In this document: positions 10,423 to 20,363 of the stretch, piece by piece
Layout: every line of letters starts with the position of its first letter
Numbering within the stretch: the first letter of the stretch is position 1
Assembly: GCA_947631415.1 (NCBI GenBank)
Contig: CANRLG010000004.1
Coordinates: 332 to 64,331, forward strand
Reading direction: 5' to 3'
DNA: 64,000 nt
Source: an uncultured Clostridia bacterium
GTDB taxonomy: Bacteria; Bacillota; Clostridia; TANB77; CAG-465
Notes under the pieces: generated by a model
Seen by the model: the letters and a program-made list of their open reading frames with translations, nothing else
Database searches by the model: none
Told to the model about the DNA's origin: nothing
Made by a program: the position numbers and the translations under genes

Positions 10423-11889
10423 ATGCTTTTACAATATTTATTAGAAAACTTAACAAATGTTGAAGTTGATGGGATAACAAATATAGAGATAAATAAGATA
10501 GAATACAATTCTAAGAATATAACAAGAGGAGATGTATTTGTTGCAATAAATGGATACAGTGAAGATGGAAATAAATATATAGATGAAGCCATAGAAAATG
10601 GCGCTCTTGCTATTGTTTCTGAGGAAGAAATAACAGACAAAAAAGAAGGTATAACATATATAAAAGTAGAAAATTCTAGAATTGCTCTTGCACAAATGTC
10701 ATCAACATTTTATGGAAATCCTGCAAGAAAATTGAAGGTTATTGGAGTTACAGGAACAAAAGGAAAAACAACTACTTCATATATGATTAGAGATATTATG
10801 CTTGCATCTGGAAAAAAGATAGGAATGATTGGAACAATTTGCAATACTTATGCAGATGTTATAGAACCATCATTTAGAACTTCTCCAGAGTCATTAGATT
10901 TACAAGCATTACTTGCACGTATGGTTGATGCTGGAATGGAATATGTGGTAATGGAAGTTTCATCTCACGCATTAGAACTAAATAGAGTATATGGAATTAA
11001 ATTTGTAGTAGCAGTATTTACAAATTTAAGTGAAGACCATTTAGATTTTCATGAAACAATGGAAAATTACTTTAATGCAAAAGCAAAACTATTTGAAATG
11101 TCAGATTTTAATATCATAAATGGTGATGATATCTACGCACCAAGACTTATGAAGAAAATAAAGACAAAAGTTGCAACTTATGGATTAGATAATGCAGTAG
11201 ATTTAACTGCAACAGATATTAGAGTAAATCCATCTTATGTTGAATTTAAGATGTATGTAAATAAAATGCTTGAAACAATTAAAATTAACATACCAGGTAG
11301 ATTTACAGTATATAATGCACTTGCTGCAATAGGAGTTTGTTCATTATTTGGTGCTCAAATGGATGCAATACTTATGGCTCTTGCACAATTAAGAGTACCA
11401 GGAAGAAATGAAGTTGTAGATATAAATAAGACATTTACAGTTATTATAGATTATGCACATACTCCTTCATCTTTAGAAGCTATATTATCATCTGCAAAAA
11501 GATATACAAAAGGCAGAGTAATATGCGTATTTGGATGTGGTGGAGATAGAGATAAAGAAAAAAGAAGAATGATGGGAGAAATATCTGGAAGACTTGCAGA
11601 CTTTACAGTTATAACTTCAGATAATCCTAGAAATGAAAAAGCTGAAGATATTATACAAGATATTGAAGCAGGAATGAAAGAAACAAGTGGATTATATAAA
11701 GCTATAGAAAATAGACGTCAAGCAATTAAATTTGCAATGAGAATAGCATGGAAAAGTGATGTTATTATAATTGCAGGAAAAGGACATGAAACTTATCAAG
11801 AAATAGGTAATAATAAACGTATTCCTTTTGATGATAAAGAAGTTGTTATGAAAATTGCAGAGGAAATGCCAGATAAAAATATACAATAA
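10423..11889 (+). CDS. murE: UDP-N-acetylmuramoyl-L-alanyl-D-glutamate--2,6-diaminopimelate ligase
   Basis: GVTGTKGKTTT P-loop. The DNPR motif (ITSDNPRNE) is typical of meso-DAP-adding MurE. Confidence 0.95.
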   Translation: MLLQYLLENLTNVEVDGITNIEINKIEYNSKNITRGDVFVAINGYSEDGNKYIDEAIENGALAIVSEEEITDKKEGITYIKVENSRIALAQMSSTFYGNPARKLKVIGVTGTKGKTTTSYMIRDIMLASGKKIGMIGTICNTYADVIEPSFRTSPESLDLQALLARMVDAGMEYVVMEVSSHALELNRVYGIKFVVAVFTNLSEDHLDFHETMENYFNAKAKLFEMSDFNIINGDDIYAPRLMKKIKTKVATYGLDNAVDLTATDIRVNPSYVEFKMYVNKMLETIKINIPGRFTVYNALAAIGVCSLFGAQMDAILMALAQLRVPGRNEVVDINKTFTVIIDYAHTPSSLEAILSSAKRYTKGRVICVFGCGGDRDKEKRRMMGEISGRLADFTVITSDNPRNEKAEDIIQDIEAGMKETSGLYKAIENRRQAIKFAMRIAWKSDVIIIAGKGHETYQEIGNNKRIPFDDKEVVMKIAEEMPDKNIQ

Positions 11890-11903
11890 ACGAGGAGTAA
11901 AAT

Positions 11904-12857
11904 ATGAATATACAAACAATGATATTATTTGTATCCTTTATAGCTACGGCTGTATTAGGTGCAATTGTAGTACCATTCTTAAAAAAGAAACATATAGGTC
12001 AAGTAGTTAGAGAAGAAGGACCACAATCACACTTGCAAAAAAATGGAACACCAATTATGGGTGGTATAGTAATAATTTTAGTTGTATTAGCAACATTAGC
12101 ATTTTTTGTAAAAGACTATCCAATTTTAGTAATGCCAATGGTAGCGATTTTTGGATATGGGCTGGTAGGCTTTTTGGATGATTTTAAGAAATTAATATTA
12201 AAAGACCCAGAAGGGTTATCTCCTAAGAAGAAAATGCTAGGACTTTTTGTTGTAACAATAGCTTTAATTGGATTATACTTATATCAATTTAAGCTTGGAA
12301 CATCAATAATTATTCCAGTTTTTGCTCAACCTGTATCGTTGTGGTTACCAGTATTTATAATTTTTATGACATTCATATTGTTAGGTACAACAAATGCAGT
12401 TAATTTAACTGATGGTTTAGATGGTCTTGCTACTGGAGTTACAGCTATAATTATGACATTTTTTACCTTAGTTGCATTAAAACAACAAAATACAGCAATG
12501 GTTATATTTAGTGCAAGTATGGTAGGAAGTTGTTTAGGTTTCTTATTATTTAATATGCATCCAGCAAAGGTATTTATGGGAGATACTGGTTCTCTTGCAC
12601 TTGGTGGAGCAATAGCAATAGTTGCATTAATCTTAAAAATGCCACTATATTTAGCAATAGTTGCTTTAGTATGTATAGTAGATACAATTTCTGTTATGCT
12701 ACAGGTTGTATATTTCAAAATGACAGGTGGAAAGAGATTATTTAAAATGGCACCTTTTCATCATCATTTGGAATTAAGTGGATATAAGGAACAAACAGTA
12801 GTATTATTGTTTTGGTTAGTGACAGTTGTATGCTGTGTAATAGCATATTTCATATAA
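11904..12857 (+). CDS. mraY: Phospho-N-acetylmuramoyl-pentapeptide transferase
   Basis: Polytopic membrane protein with NAVNLTDGLDGLA, MGDTGSLALGG and APFHHHLE. Confidence 0.96.
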   Translation: MNIQTMILFVSFIATAVLGAIVVPFLKKKHIGQVVREEGPQSHLQKNGTPIMGGIVIILVVLATLAFFVKDYPILVMPMVAIFGYGLVGFLDDFKKLILKDPEGLSPKKKMLGLFVVTIALIGLYLYQFKLGTSIIIPVFAQPVSLWLPVFIIFMTFILLGTTNAVNLTDGLDGLATGVTAIIMTFFTLVALKQQNTAMVIFSASMVGSCLGFLLFNMHPAKVFMGDTGSLALGGAIAIVALILKMPLYLAIVALVCIVDTISVMLQVVYFKMTGGKRLFKMAPFHHHLELSGYKEQTVVLLFWLVTVVCCVIAYFI

Positions 12858-12889
12858 TAAAAAATTAAAATGTAGAGGTTAGGTTTTTA

Positions 12890-14014
12890 ATGGAAAAAAA
12901 GGTTGGTATTTTAAAAAAGTGGTTTGCGGGTATCGACTTTGGAATGGTAGTAATTACAATCTCATTACTGTGTATTGGGTTAGTAATGGTAGCATCGGCG
13001 AGTTCTTATCATGCATTGTTTTATTATGATGATAGTAACTATTTTTTTAATAGGCAATTAATCTTTGCAGTCGCAGGTTTATTTGCTATGTTTGGAATAG
13101 CTACTTTCGATTATAGAAAATTAAAAAAATGGAGTTATATAGCATTTATTTTTTCAGCAATATTATTGTTGTTAGTAATAACTCCTTTAGGTGTTACAAG
13201 AAATGGTGCTAAAAGATGGTTAGGTTTTGGTTCTTTTCAACTACAACCGTCTGAAATTATGAAACCAGTTCTTGTTCTTGCAATAGCCACTTATTTATCT
13301 AAGAATATTAGTAAACTAAAGAATGTAAAAACATATATAATTCCAGCCGTATTTATATTACTAGTTATATTGCTTATGTATCTACAAAAGCACATGAGTG
13401 GTATGCTTGTATTAGTAATTGGGGGAATATCTGTAATATTCTTTAGTGGTATTAAATTAAAAAAGCGATTTATAATTTTAGGATGTATATTAGTAGTTGC
13501 AGCAGCTTTTGGTTTTGTTTATGCTGAGCCATTTAGACTTCAGAGAATATTTTCTTTTATGAATCCAGAACAAGACTTACAAGGTGGTAACTGGCAAGCA
13601 GCACAAAGTCTATATGCAATAGGTTCAGGAGGGCTTTTTGGTAGAGGTCTTGGACAGAGTAGACAAAAATATTTATGGCTTCCAGAAGCTCAAAATGACT
13701 TTATCTTTTCAGTTTTAGGAGAAGAATTAGGTTTTATTGGAACTATAACAGTGCTTGGTCTTTTTGCTTATTTTATTTTTAAAGGATATAAAACAGCAAT
13801 AACTTGTAAGGATTTATTTGGGTCTTTAGTGGCAGCAGGAATTACCACAATTTTTGCTACACAAATTATAGTAAATATAGCGGTTGTAACATGTAGTATG
13901 CCAGTTACTGGTATGCCATTACCATTCTTTAGTTATGGTGGTACATCTCTATTTATTAACCTATGTTCAATGGGAATTGTACTTAGTATTTCAAAAAATT
14001 GTGAAAAAATGTAG
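12890..14014 (+). CDS. ftsW: SEDS peptidoglycan glycosyltransferase FtsW/SpoVE
   Basis: Polytopic protein with QPSEIMKP, LPEAQNDFIFSV and PFFSYGGTS, in the dcw context. Confidence 0.92.
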   Translation: MEKKVGILKKWFAGIDFGMVVITISLLCIGLVMVASASSYHALFYYDDSNYFFNRQLIFAVAGLFAMFGIATFDYRKLKKWSYIAFIFSAILLLLVITPLGVTRNGAKRWLGFGSFQLQPSEIMKPVLVLAIATYLSKNISKLKNVKTYIIPAVFILLVILLMYLQKHMSGMLVLVIGGISVIFFSGIKLKKRFIILGCILVVAAAFGFVYAEPFRLQRIFSFMNPEQDLQGGNWQAAQSLYAIGSGGLFGRGLGQSRQKYLWLPEAQNDFIFSVLGEELGFIGTITVLGLFAYFIFKGYKTAITCKDLFGSLVAAGITTIFATQIIVNIAVVTCSMPVTGMPLPFFSYGGTSLFINLCSMGIVLSISKNCEKM

Positions 14015-14037
14015 ATTTTAGGAAGGTGAGATAAGTT

Positions 14038-15150
14038 ATGAGAGCAGTTTTTGCTTGTGCAGGAACAGGAGGACATATTAATCCAGCAATAGCAATGGCT
14101 AATTTAATTGTTAAGAGAGAACCAGATTCACAGATACTTTTTATTGGTACAGAAAATGGTTTAGAAAATAAATTAGTTAAAAATGCAGGTTATGAGATAA
14201 AGCATATAAGAACAGGGAAGATATTAAGACAACTTACCTTAAAAAATATTACAGCTTTAGTAAACGCATATAAAGGTATTGGTGATGCTAAACAAATACT
14301 TAAAGATTTTAAACCAGATTTAGTAATTGGAACTGGTGGATATATATGTGGTTCAGTAATGAAAGCTGCCTCTAAACTTAAAATTCCTTATGTTTTACAT
14401 GAGAGTAATGCTTTTCCAGGAGTTTCAGTAAAATTACTTGCTAAAAAAGCAAAATGTGTTATGTTAGGTTTTGAAGCTGCTAAAGAAAGAATAGTTAAAG
14501 GAGCAAATACAGTTTATACTGGAACACCAGCAAAATTTAGCGAAGAAGATATACTAAATTTAGATAAGCAAGAGTGTCTTAAAAAGCTAAATTTAGATAA
14601 AATAAATAAAAAAATAGTATTAATTACTTGTGGAAGTCAAGGAGCAAAAAGAGTAAATGAAATTTCTTTTTCAATGATTAAGAAATATCTAGATGATGAC
14701 ATTTTCTATGTAATTGTTACAGGAGATAATAATTATGAGCAAATGTCTATGCTAAAGAGTGAAGCAGAAAAAGAAATAGGAAAATCTTTAGATGAATATG
14801 TAAGATTAGAAAAATTTGTATTTAATATGGATGAAATGTATAAAGTTGCAGATTTGTGTATCACAAGAGCAGGAGCTATGACAATTAGTGAACTTGCACT
14901 TGCACATAAACCTTCAATTTTAATACCACTTCCAACAGCTGCAGAAAATCATCAATACTTTAATGCAAAGGTACTTGAGGAAGTAAATGCAGGAAAGATA
15001 ATAGAGCAAAAAGATTTAACAGAAGAAAGTCTAAATAAAGCAATTAGAGAAATTATTGATGGTAATATAGAAAAGATGGGAGAAAATGCTAAAAAAGTTA
15101 TAGTAAGAAACGTAGAAGATAAAATATATGAATGTATAAAGGTAAAGTAG
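14038..15150 (+). CDS. murG: UDP-N-acetylglucosamine--N-acetylmuramyl-(pentapeptide) pyrophosphoryl-undecaprenol GlcNAc transferase
   Basis: AGTGGHINPAIA, GTGGYICG, RAGAMTISELA, ENHQYFNA. Confidence 0.95.
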   Translation: MRAVFACAGTGGHINPAIAMANLIVKREPDSQILFIGTENGLENKLVKNAGYEIKHIRTGKILRQLTLKNITALVNAYKGIGDAKQILKDFKPDLVIGTGGYICGSVMKAASKLKIPYVLHESNAFPGVSVKLLAKKAKCVMLGFEAAKERIVKGANTVYTGTPAKFSEEDILNLDKQECLKKLNLDKINKKIVLITCGSQGAKRVNEISFSMIKKYLDDDIFYVIVTGDNNYEQMSMLKSEAEKEIGKSLDEYVRLEKFVFNMDEMYKVADLCITRAGAMTISELALAHKPSILIPLPTAAENHQYFNAKVLEEVNAGKIIEQKDLTEESLNKAIREIIDGNIEKMGENAKKVIVRNVEDKIYECIKVK

Positions 15151-15160
15151 GTGATGGTTT

Positions 15161-16300
15161 GTGAATAGTAGTAGGACAAGTCCTAATAAGGTTAAAAAAA
15201 GACCTACAAATAATTCTAATGTAAAAAAGAAAAAAGGTAGTAGTTCTACTAATGCTACTCCTAGGAAAAAGAAAGTAGTTAATAGTACTACAAAAAAGTC
15301 TAGCAATAAACCGAAATCTACAAAAAAAGTAGTAAAAAAATCTGTACCAAAGAAGAAAGAGGTAGAACCTGTTAAGAAGAAAAAAGTAAAAAAAGTAGAA
15401 AGTAATGTACAAGATTTAGATGAACTTTTTATACAAGATATAGAATATGTAGATGAAGATTATGATAGAGATGATTTTCAAGAATACGAAAATAATAATC
15501 CAAACACAGTAGTAAAAAAGAAACCTAAAAAAATAGATAATAAAGAAGATGAAATAAAGGAAGAAAAAAGAGAGAGATTAGTTTCTCCACTTACAGTTAT
15601 TACAATATCTTTTGTAATTGCAATAATAATTGCAACAGCATACTTAATGTTTACACTTGAGTATTTTAATTTAACTAATATAGAAGTGGTTGGTAATACA
15701 AAATATACAAATGAGAAAATTATTGAAAATTGCTCGTTAAAAATTGGAGACAATGTATTTAAAGATTTATTATCTAAAAGCTATAATGTGTCTGAAATCC
15801 CATATATTTCAAATCTAAAATATAGATATAAATTTCCTTCTGAAATTGTAGTACAAGTAGAAGAAAGATATCCTGAATATGTGGCTAAAGATAAAAATTC
15901 AGATAAATGTTATATGTTAGATAATCAAGGATATATACTTGAAGAATGTTCAACAGAAACCAAAGGAGATACTTTATTTGTAGAAGGACTGTCTTTTGAA
16001 GAAAAAGTAGATTTTGGTAAACAAATAGATGAAGTGTATTTACGAAAGCTAAAAAAATATAAAGAAATAAAACAGTTACTTGAGGAGGCACAATTACCGA
16101 CAAATATTACAAAAGTAAACTTCAATGCTTCCTTGACAATAATAACCATGGATGATAAACTTAATATAGTTTTTTCTAATGAATCAGATTTGCGTTATAG
16201 GGTATCTTTTTTAAAGACTATAATAGCACAAAATGGTACAATAGAAGAAGGTACGATAGACATGAGTTTAGAAAATCCTGTATATTCTAAATATGATTAA
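15161..16300 (+). CDS. ftsQ: Cell division protein FtsQ/DivIB with a long lysine-rich N-terminal tail
   Basis: It follows murG. A single TM segment (VITISFVIAIIIATAYLMF) is followed by a POTRA-like region (NLTNIEVVGNTKYTNEKII). The first ~150 aa are K/S/T/N-rich. GTG start follows SD-like taggtga. Confidence 0.8.
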   Translation: MNSSRTSPNKVKKRPTNNSNVKKKKGSSSTNATPRKKKVVNSTTKKSSNKPKSTKKVVKKSVPKKKEVEPVKKKKVKKVESNVQDLDELFIQDIEYVDEDYDRDDFQEYENNNPNTVVKKKPKKIDNKEDEIKEEKRERLVSPLTVITISFVIAIIIATAYLMFTLEYFNLTNIEVVGNTKYTNEKIIENCSLKIGDNVFKDLLSKSYNVSEIPYISNLKYRYKFPSEIVVQVEERYPEYVAKDKNSDKCYMLDNQGYILEECSTETKGDTLFVEGLSFEEKVDFGKQIDEVYLRKLKKYKEIKQLLEEAQLPTNITKVNFNASLTIITMDDKLNIVFSNESDLRYRVSFLKTIIAQNGTIEEGTIDMSLENPVYSKYD

Positions 16301-17054
16301 GGAGTGTAGAACTTTGGAAGGAAAATCAAAGAAAAAAATCAGTAAATTAAATGAATTTATTCAAAAACATTCATTACCTGCATTCTTTGCTATTGGCATA
16401 ACAGCTTTTTTACTTGTTGCAATGATAACAGCACAAGTTACAACAATGAAAAAGTCTGAGGCAATTCTTGAAGGAAAAAGAGAAAGTGAACTTGCAGATT
16501 CTCTTGTAGTATTACAAAGAGATTATGATGAATTAAAAGAAAAATATGAAGAAAGTCAAAAAATAGTTGATGAATACCAAACAAATTCATCAACAAATGA
16601 TAGTTTAATTGCTTCAATGAAAAGTCAAATTGAAACTTTAGGGCTTTTATCTGGTACAACAGATGTAACAGGTGAAGGAATAATAATAACATTATATGAT
16701 GGAAATACTAGTGATTCGTTAGTACATGATAGTGACGTACTTACAGTTATTAACGAATTAAGAGTCGCTGGAGCAGAGGCTATTTGCGTAAATGAACAAA
16801 GAATAATAGCTACTTCTCCTATACGTTGTGTGGGTTCAGTTATACAAGTAAATTATCAAAAAGTAGCAGCTCCTTTTGTCATAAAAGCTATTGGTAATGC
16901 ACAATATCTTGAAAGTGCATTAACTATGAAAAATGGTGTTGTAGATGTCCTAAATGGATATGGTTTAAAAGTTACACTTACAAGAGAAACAAATGTTGAA
17001 ATTCCTAAATATCAAGGAGCTTTAACATTTAGTTATGCAAAGCAAGGAGAGTAA
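16293..17054 (+). CDS. DUF881 family division-associated protein (YlxW/YlxX-like)
   Basis: It sits between ftsQ and sbp as in Bacillus. It has an N-terminal TM segment, a coiled coil, and GEGIIITL...VHDSD...VINELRVAGAEAI, typical of DUF881. An alternative TTG start at 16314 has a better SD (aaggag). Confidence 0.8.
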   Translation: MIKECRTLEGKSKKKISKLNEFIQKHSLPAFFAIGITAFLLVAMITAQVTTMKKSEAILEGKRESELADSLVVLQRDYDELKEKYEESQKIVDEYQTNSSTNDSLIASMKSQIETLGLLSGTTDVTGEGIIITLYDGNTSDSLVHDSDVLTVINELRVAGAEAICVNEQRIIATSPIRCVGSVIQVNYQKVAAPFVIKAIGNAQYLESALTMKNGVVDVLNGYGLKVTLTRETNVEIPKYQGALTFSYAKQGE

Positions 17055-17058
17055 TAAT

Positions 17059-17499
17059 ATGATTTTGGGATTAATAATATTATTAATATTTATAGTGCTA
17101 GGATTATTTGTAGGTCAAAATTTAGTTATTCCTTATTCTAGCTATCAATATGTAGCTGTTGCAATACTTGCGTGTCTTGATTCTGTTTTTGGAGCAGCAG
17201 CAGCCAGTACAGGAAAAAATTTTAAAATGCATATATTCTTATCTGGATTTTTCTTTAATGCATTATTCTCTATTTTTCTAGTATATCTTGGAGAATTATT
17301 AAATGTTGAGTTATATCTAGCACCAATAATAGTATTTGGAGGTAGAATATTAAATAACTTCTCAATCTTGCGTAGAGACTTTTTTGATAAAGCACACGCA
17401 AATTCACAAAAAATTAGAAAAAAGAGAAAAGAGAAATCTGTAAATGCGATTAAAACAGATATAGAAGCCCAAAATGAAGCAGATAGCATGGAGGACTAA
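17059..17499 (+). CDS. sbp: Small basic protein Sbp (DUF1290)
   Basis: A hydrophobic N-terminal part is followed by a basic C-terminus, directly after the DUF881 gene. I chose the ATG at 17059 because it follows SD aaggagag. Confidence 0.7.
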   Translation: MILGLIILLIFIVLGLFVGQNLVIPYSSYQYVAVAILACLDSVFGAAAASTGKNFKMHIFLSGFFFNALFSIFLVYLGELLNVELYLAPIIVFGGRILNNFSILRRDFFDKAHANSQKIRKKRKEKSVNAIKTDIEAQNEADSMED

Positions 17500-17500
17500 T

Positions 17501-18379
17501 ATGAGTATTAGTGAAATTAAGAAAAATGCAAAAGACTTTTTAAAAAATAATTATGGTAGAGTTTTAGCATTGTGTATATTATATATAGTTTCATTTTTAG
17601 CAATTAATTGGGCTATTGATACGATTTCATCATTTGTGGAAGAAGTTTCAGAAATTATTTCTTTTGTACTTACTAGTTTAGTTATAATACCTATTTCTTA
17701 TGGATTTAACAAACTATTAATTAATATAAAAAATGGTGAAAAAGTAAATGTTTTAAATGTATTTACAATAGGATTTAAAGAATTTAGTAGAGTTATATCT
17801 ACTTGGTGGAGTAGTTTTTGGAGAAAGTTTTTAAAAACATTGCCAGGTAAAATCATAATGGGAATAGGAATTACATTTATGTTTGTATATTTAATTTATG
17901 TTATACTTATTTCCATTGTAACAAATGAATCTTTTCAAAATGAATTACAAAATTCTTTAGGAGATGATTATTATACAGTCGTATCGTCTTGTTACAATAT
18001 AGTAGAAAATATCTCTCCTTATGCTAAGACTTTTGAATTAATAAAGTATTTAGGAATAGGATTACTAATAATAGGATATATTATAACATTACCATTTGAA
18101 CTTCAATATATAATTTATCAAATTATAGCTGTTGATAGGATGGATTTGGATGCTAAGCAAGTTGCAAAAGAAACAGTGAAGTTAATGAATGGTAATAGAT
18201 TAAAATATATTGGACTTATGCTAAGTTTTGTAGGATGGGATATACTATGTATATTTACTTGTGGAATAGGATTTATCTTTTTAATTCCATATATACAAAC
18301 TTCAAAAATATGTTTTTACGAGAGTTTAAAACCAAAAGAAACATTAATTACAGATACAAATGTAATTGAAGAAAAATAA
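17501..18379 (+). CDS. DUF975 family integral membrane protein
   Basis: N-terminus MSISEIKKNAKDFLKNNYG and C-terminal GWDILCIFTCGIGFIFLIPY resemble DUF975. It is polytopic. I chose the ATG at 17501 because it follows SD ggagg. Confidence 0.6.
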   Translation: MSISEIKKNAKDFLKNNYGRVLALCILYIVSFLAINWAIDTISSFVEEVSEIISFVLTSLVIIPISYGFNKLLINIKNGEKVNVLNVFTIGFKEFSRVISTWWSSFWRKFLKTLPGKIIMGIGITFMFVYLIYVILISIVTNESFQNELQNSLGDDYYTVVSSCYNIVENISPYAKTFELIKYLGIGLLIIGYIITLPFELQYIIYQIIAVDRMDLDAKQVAKETVKLMNGNRLKYIGLMLSFVGWDILCIFTCGIGFIFLIPYIQTSKICFYESLKPKETLITDTNVIEEK

Positions 18380-18421
18380 GAACGGAGAAGGTTGACTTCT
18401 TCGTTCTTTGCTTATATTATT

Positions 18422-18958
18422 TCACACATTTAGCCATTTACTTTCATCAGAATTATTTTTTAGTATTTCTAGTATTTTGCTATAATTTTCTAAAGATTTT
18501 TTATTTAATTCATAATTAGTTCCTGAAACATTTATAGCACTTGGTTGAATGGATAATTTAATTTCTTCTTTAGTTTCATTATTTACGAACAACAAATAAA
18601 ATGTTTCAACATCTAAGTTGTAATAATCACTACCAAGAATATAATGAGGTGCTAAATGAACTTTAGTATCGTTTAAAATAGATAATATCTCACTAGTTGC
18701 AGAATTATTTACTGAAATCCAATTATCATTAGTTCCTACTATTATATTTTCATTTGTGTCTTTTGATGTTTCTACTTGAGTTTCAGAGTTTGATGGATTA
18801 GCTACGTAAAGACTATAATTTGAATAATTATTGTTTAATTTTTTTATGATATTATTATTTTTTAAATTAAAACCTATAACAAAGAGAAATAGTAATATGA
18901 ATATAATTAACAATATAATTATTCCAATGGATATTAATAATATTTTTTTCTTATTCAT
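18422..18958 (-). CDS. Hypothetical membrane-anchored protein
   Basis: The ATG at 18958 follows SD ggagg (complement of 18971-18975). It has an N-terminal TM segment and an N/S-rich ectodomain. The ORF-track start at 19033 has no SD. Confidence 0.55.
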   Translation of the reverse strand: MNKKKILLISIGIIILLIIFILLFLFVIGFNLKNNNIIKKLNNNYSNYSLYVANPSNSETQVETSKDTNENIIVGTNDNWISVNNSATSEILSILNDTKVHLAPHYILGSDYYNLDVETFYLLFVNNETKEEIKLSIQPSAINVSGTNYELNKKSLENYSKILEILKNNSDESKWLNV

Positions 18959-19015
18959 ATATAAACTTACCTCCTTGAGAAAATTGTATAGTATAAAGTA
19001 TAAATAATCAATAAT

Positions 19016-19051
19016 ATAAAAAGAATATCTCAAAAAAATTGAGATATTCTT
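19016..19051 (-). terminator. Intrinsic terminator after the peptidase-like gene
   Basis: A 12-bp stem pairs aagaatatctca (19021-19032) with tgagatattctt (19040-19051). It is followed by a short T-run on the minus strand. Confidence 0.5.
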
Positions 19052-19057
19052 TAAAAG

Positions 19058-19729
19058 TTAATAGGTTATATGGTAACTTCTAAGTTGTTCAAATTGGTCA
19101 AAATCAACTAATGCGGTATTAGGTGATTGCAAATTTGTTATTGTGTATAATTTACGAGTACCATCAGTATATTCAATATATCCAACAGCCATATATATAT
19201 GTCCTTCATTGTCTGTATCTATTGCCGCAACAGGATATCCTAATTTTATGTCTCTAGTAACATCAGACCATAAATCTAGTAAATAATCATCTTGGTAAGC
19301 TTTATATCCAGCTTTTTGAGCAAAATACTTAATGCTATCAAAAACTTTATAAACAGGAACGTTACCAGCTGATGTAAAATCAAGGCTATCTGCTATTTCA
19401 TTATAAAAAGATTGTGTTATTGTATCTCCTGGAAATAAGTTAGTAAATCCTAGTCTTTTATAATAAGACAAAAAGTTTGCAACAAAAGTTATACTACAAT
19501 TTCTTCCACCACTTTCATAATACTGTGAAAATTCTGTTGGATTATATATTCTAAAATCATTGTAATATAATAGATATGATTGAGAAAGTATATCTGCTTC
19601 CTCTAATCTTGTTGGTAATATATATTCATCTGCAACATTTGTAGCGTAAGTATTATTAATAAAAGCCAAATTAAAAAATGTAAATAATAACATACATAGT
19701 AATGAAAAAGATATAATTTTTCTTTTCAT
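19058..19729 (-). CDS. Secreted papain-fold cysteine peptidase-like protein (C39-like)
   Basis: It has a signal peptide (LLCMLLFTFFNLAFINNTYA), a candidate nucleophile in GGRNCSITFVAN and a candidate His in NEGHIYMAVGY. The family assignment is by motif only. Confidence 0.45.
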   Translation of the reverse strand: MKRKIISFSLLCMLLFTFFNLAFINNTYATNVADEYILPTRLEEADILSQSYLLYYNDFRIYNPTEFSQYYESGGRNCSITFVANFLSYYKRLGFTNLFPGDTITQSFYNEIADSLDFTSAGNVPVYKVFDSIKYFAQKAGYKAYQDDYLLDLWSDVTRDIKLGYPVAAIDTDNEGHIYMAVGYIEYTDGTRKLYTITNLQSPNTALVDFDQFEQLRSYHITY

Positions 19730-20003
19730 AATAATCTCCTCCTAAAAATAAAATATTTTAAGTAAGGACTAAGTTGTCATTATGTACAAACTAAGGTGAA
19801 AAAATTTTAACACCTCCTTTTTAAATATAATTTAATATTTATTAGTAAAATTCTCAGTAAACACATTATAATATATTTTGCATAATATGCAACTATTATA
19901 GTTGAAAATACACTAAAAAGTATAAAAAATACAACGTAGAATAAAAATATAATTTTTTGTATTATTTTTAAATTATACTAATATAATTAATTAGGTGATA
20001 ATT

Positions 20004-20363
20004 TTGAAAAAAATAAAATACTATTTACTATCTATCTTTTTGTTTTATATATTATTAACAGTAATGCTTCTAATAGCATCTGCCATTTTTGCATATACTA
20101 ATGTAAAAGATAATTATATTGAACCAGTAATATATTTTTCTATTGCAATTTCTAGCTTTATATCTTCATTTGTTCTATGCAGAAACATACGAAAAAACGG
20201 AATAGCTAATGGAATAATTACAAATGTCATATCGTTATTTATACTGTTTATCATATCTAGTATATGTAACAACAATTTAGTAATTTCAAATACATTTGGA
20301 ATATATATTTTAGTTGTATGTACTACTGGTGCTTTAGGAGGAATATTAGGAGTAAATGTTTAA
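20004..20363 (+). CDS. Small polytopic membrane protein whose end overlaps the spoIVB start (possibly the TIGR04086 family)
   Basis: It has 3-4 TM segments and ends GALGGILGVNV. Its stop overlaps the spoIVB start (20356). I chose the TTG at 20004 because it follows SD aggtg. Confidence 0.5.
   Translation: MKKIKYYLLSIFLFYILLTVMLLIASAIFAYTNVKDNYIEPVIYFSIAISSFISSFVLCRNIRKNGIANGIITNVISLFILFIISSICNNNLVISNTFGIYILVVCTTGALGGILGVNV

Noticed and set aside
15031-15412. Overlapping minus-strand ORFs (91 and 104 aa) rich in F/L, opposite the ftsQ 5' region.
   Set aside because: They are the antisense reading of the AAA/AAG lysine-rich tract of ftsQ and have no SD. The same reasoning applies to other antisense track ORFs, such as 231-563, 12326-12718, 24665-25171 and 47642-47956.
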